64,000 nucleotides of DNA. It comes from Chrysomallon squamiferum. Lineage: Eukaryota > Animalia > Mollusca. The stretch is from positions 16,988,001 through 17,052,000 of the forward strand of contig CM022678.1 in assembly GCA_012295275.1 (NCBI GenBank), read 5' to 3'. The notes under the pieces are model-generated. The model saw only the letters and a list, made by a program, of their open reading frames with translations. It did no database searches and was not told the origin of the DNA. A program made the position numbers and the translations under genes. Shown piece after piece: positions 63,901 to 64,000 of the stretch (position 1 is its first letter; each line of letters begins with the position of its first letter).

Positions 63901-64000
63901 GTTGTTCTTGTTGTTATTATTATTACTGTTATTCTTTTAATTTATTCCTTTTTTATGAATGTAGGATATTTTTCTTTATCTTTAAACAAACAATTTTTGA

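Overview
AT-rich, microsatellite-dense eukaryotic DNA. It looks molluscan or cephalopod-like, but that is inference only. Most of the window is a head-to-tail minus-strand array of five paralogous multi-exon receptor genes, labelled A-E from left to right. The architecture I reconstructed by hand from GT/AG junctions and exon phases is: signal peptide, ShK-like 6-Cys domain, one large exon of MEGF10/SCARF-type EGF-like repeats, TM helix, polybasic juxtamembrane segment, acidic Tyr-motif region, and a single PTP domain. The PTP domain carries non-canonical catalytic motifs (WMD loop, [11 protein letters not shown]). The EGF exon is broken in A, B, D and E and deleted in C, whereas each gene keeps an open ShK exon and the PTP exons of B and D are intact. 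Copy C is internally deleted and copy A is a pseudogene that leaves the window. The array shows a ~21-kb two-gene duplication marked by a shared Tigger insertion, a 3x1.6-kb tandem repeat, a decayed Ginger/KRBA2-like integrase with an adjacent LINE 3' end, and minisatellites. Most entries in the ORF track are microsatellite or antisense artefacts.
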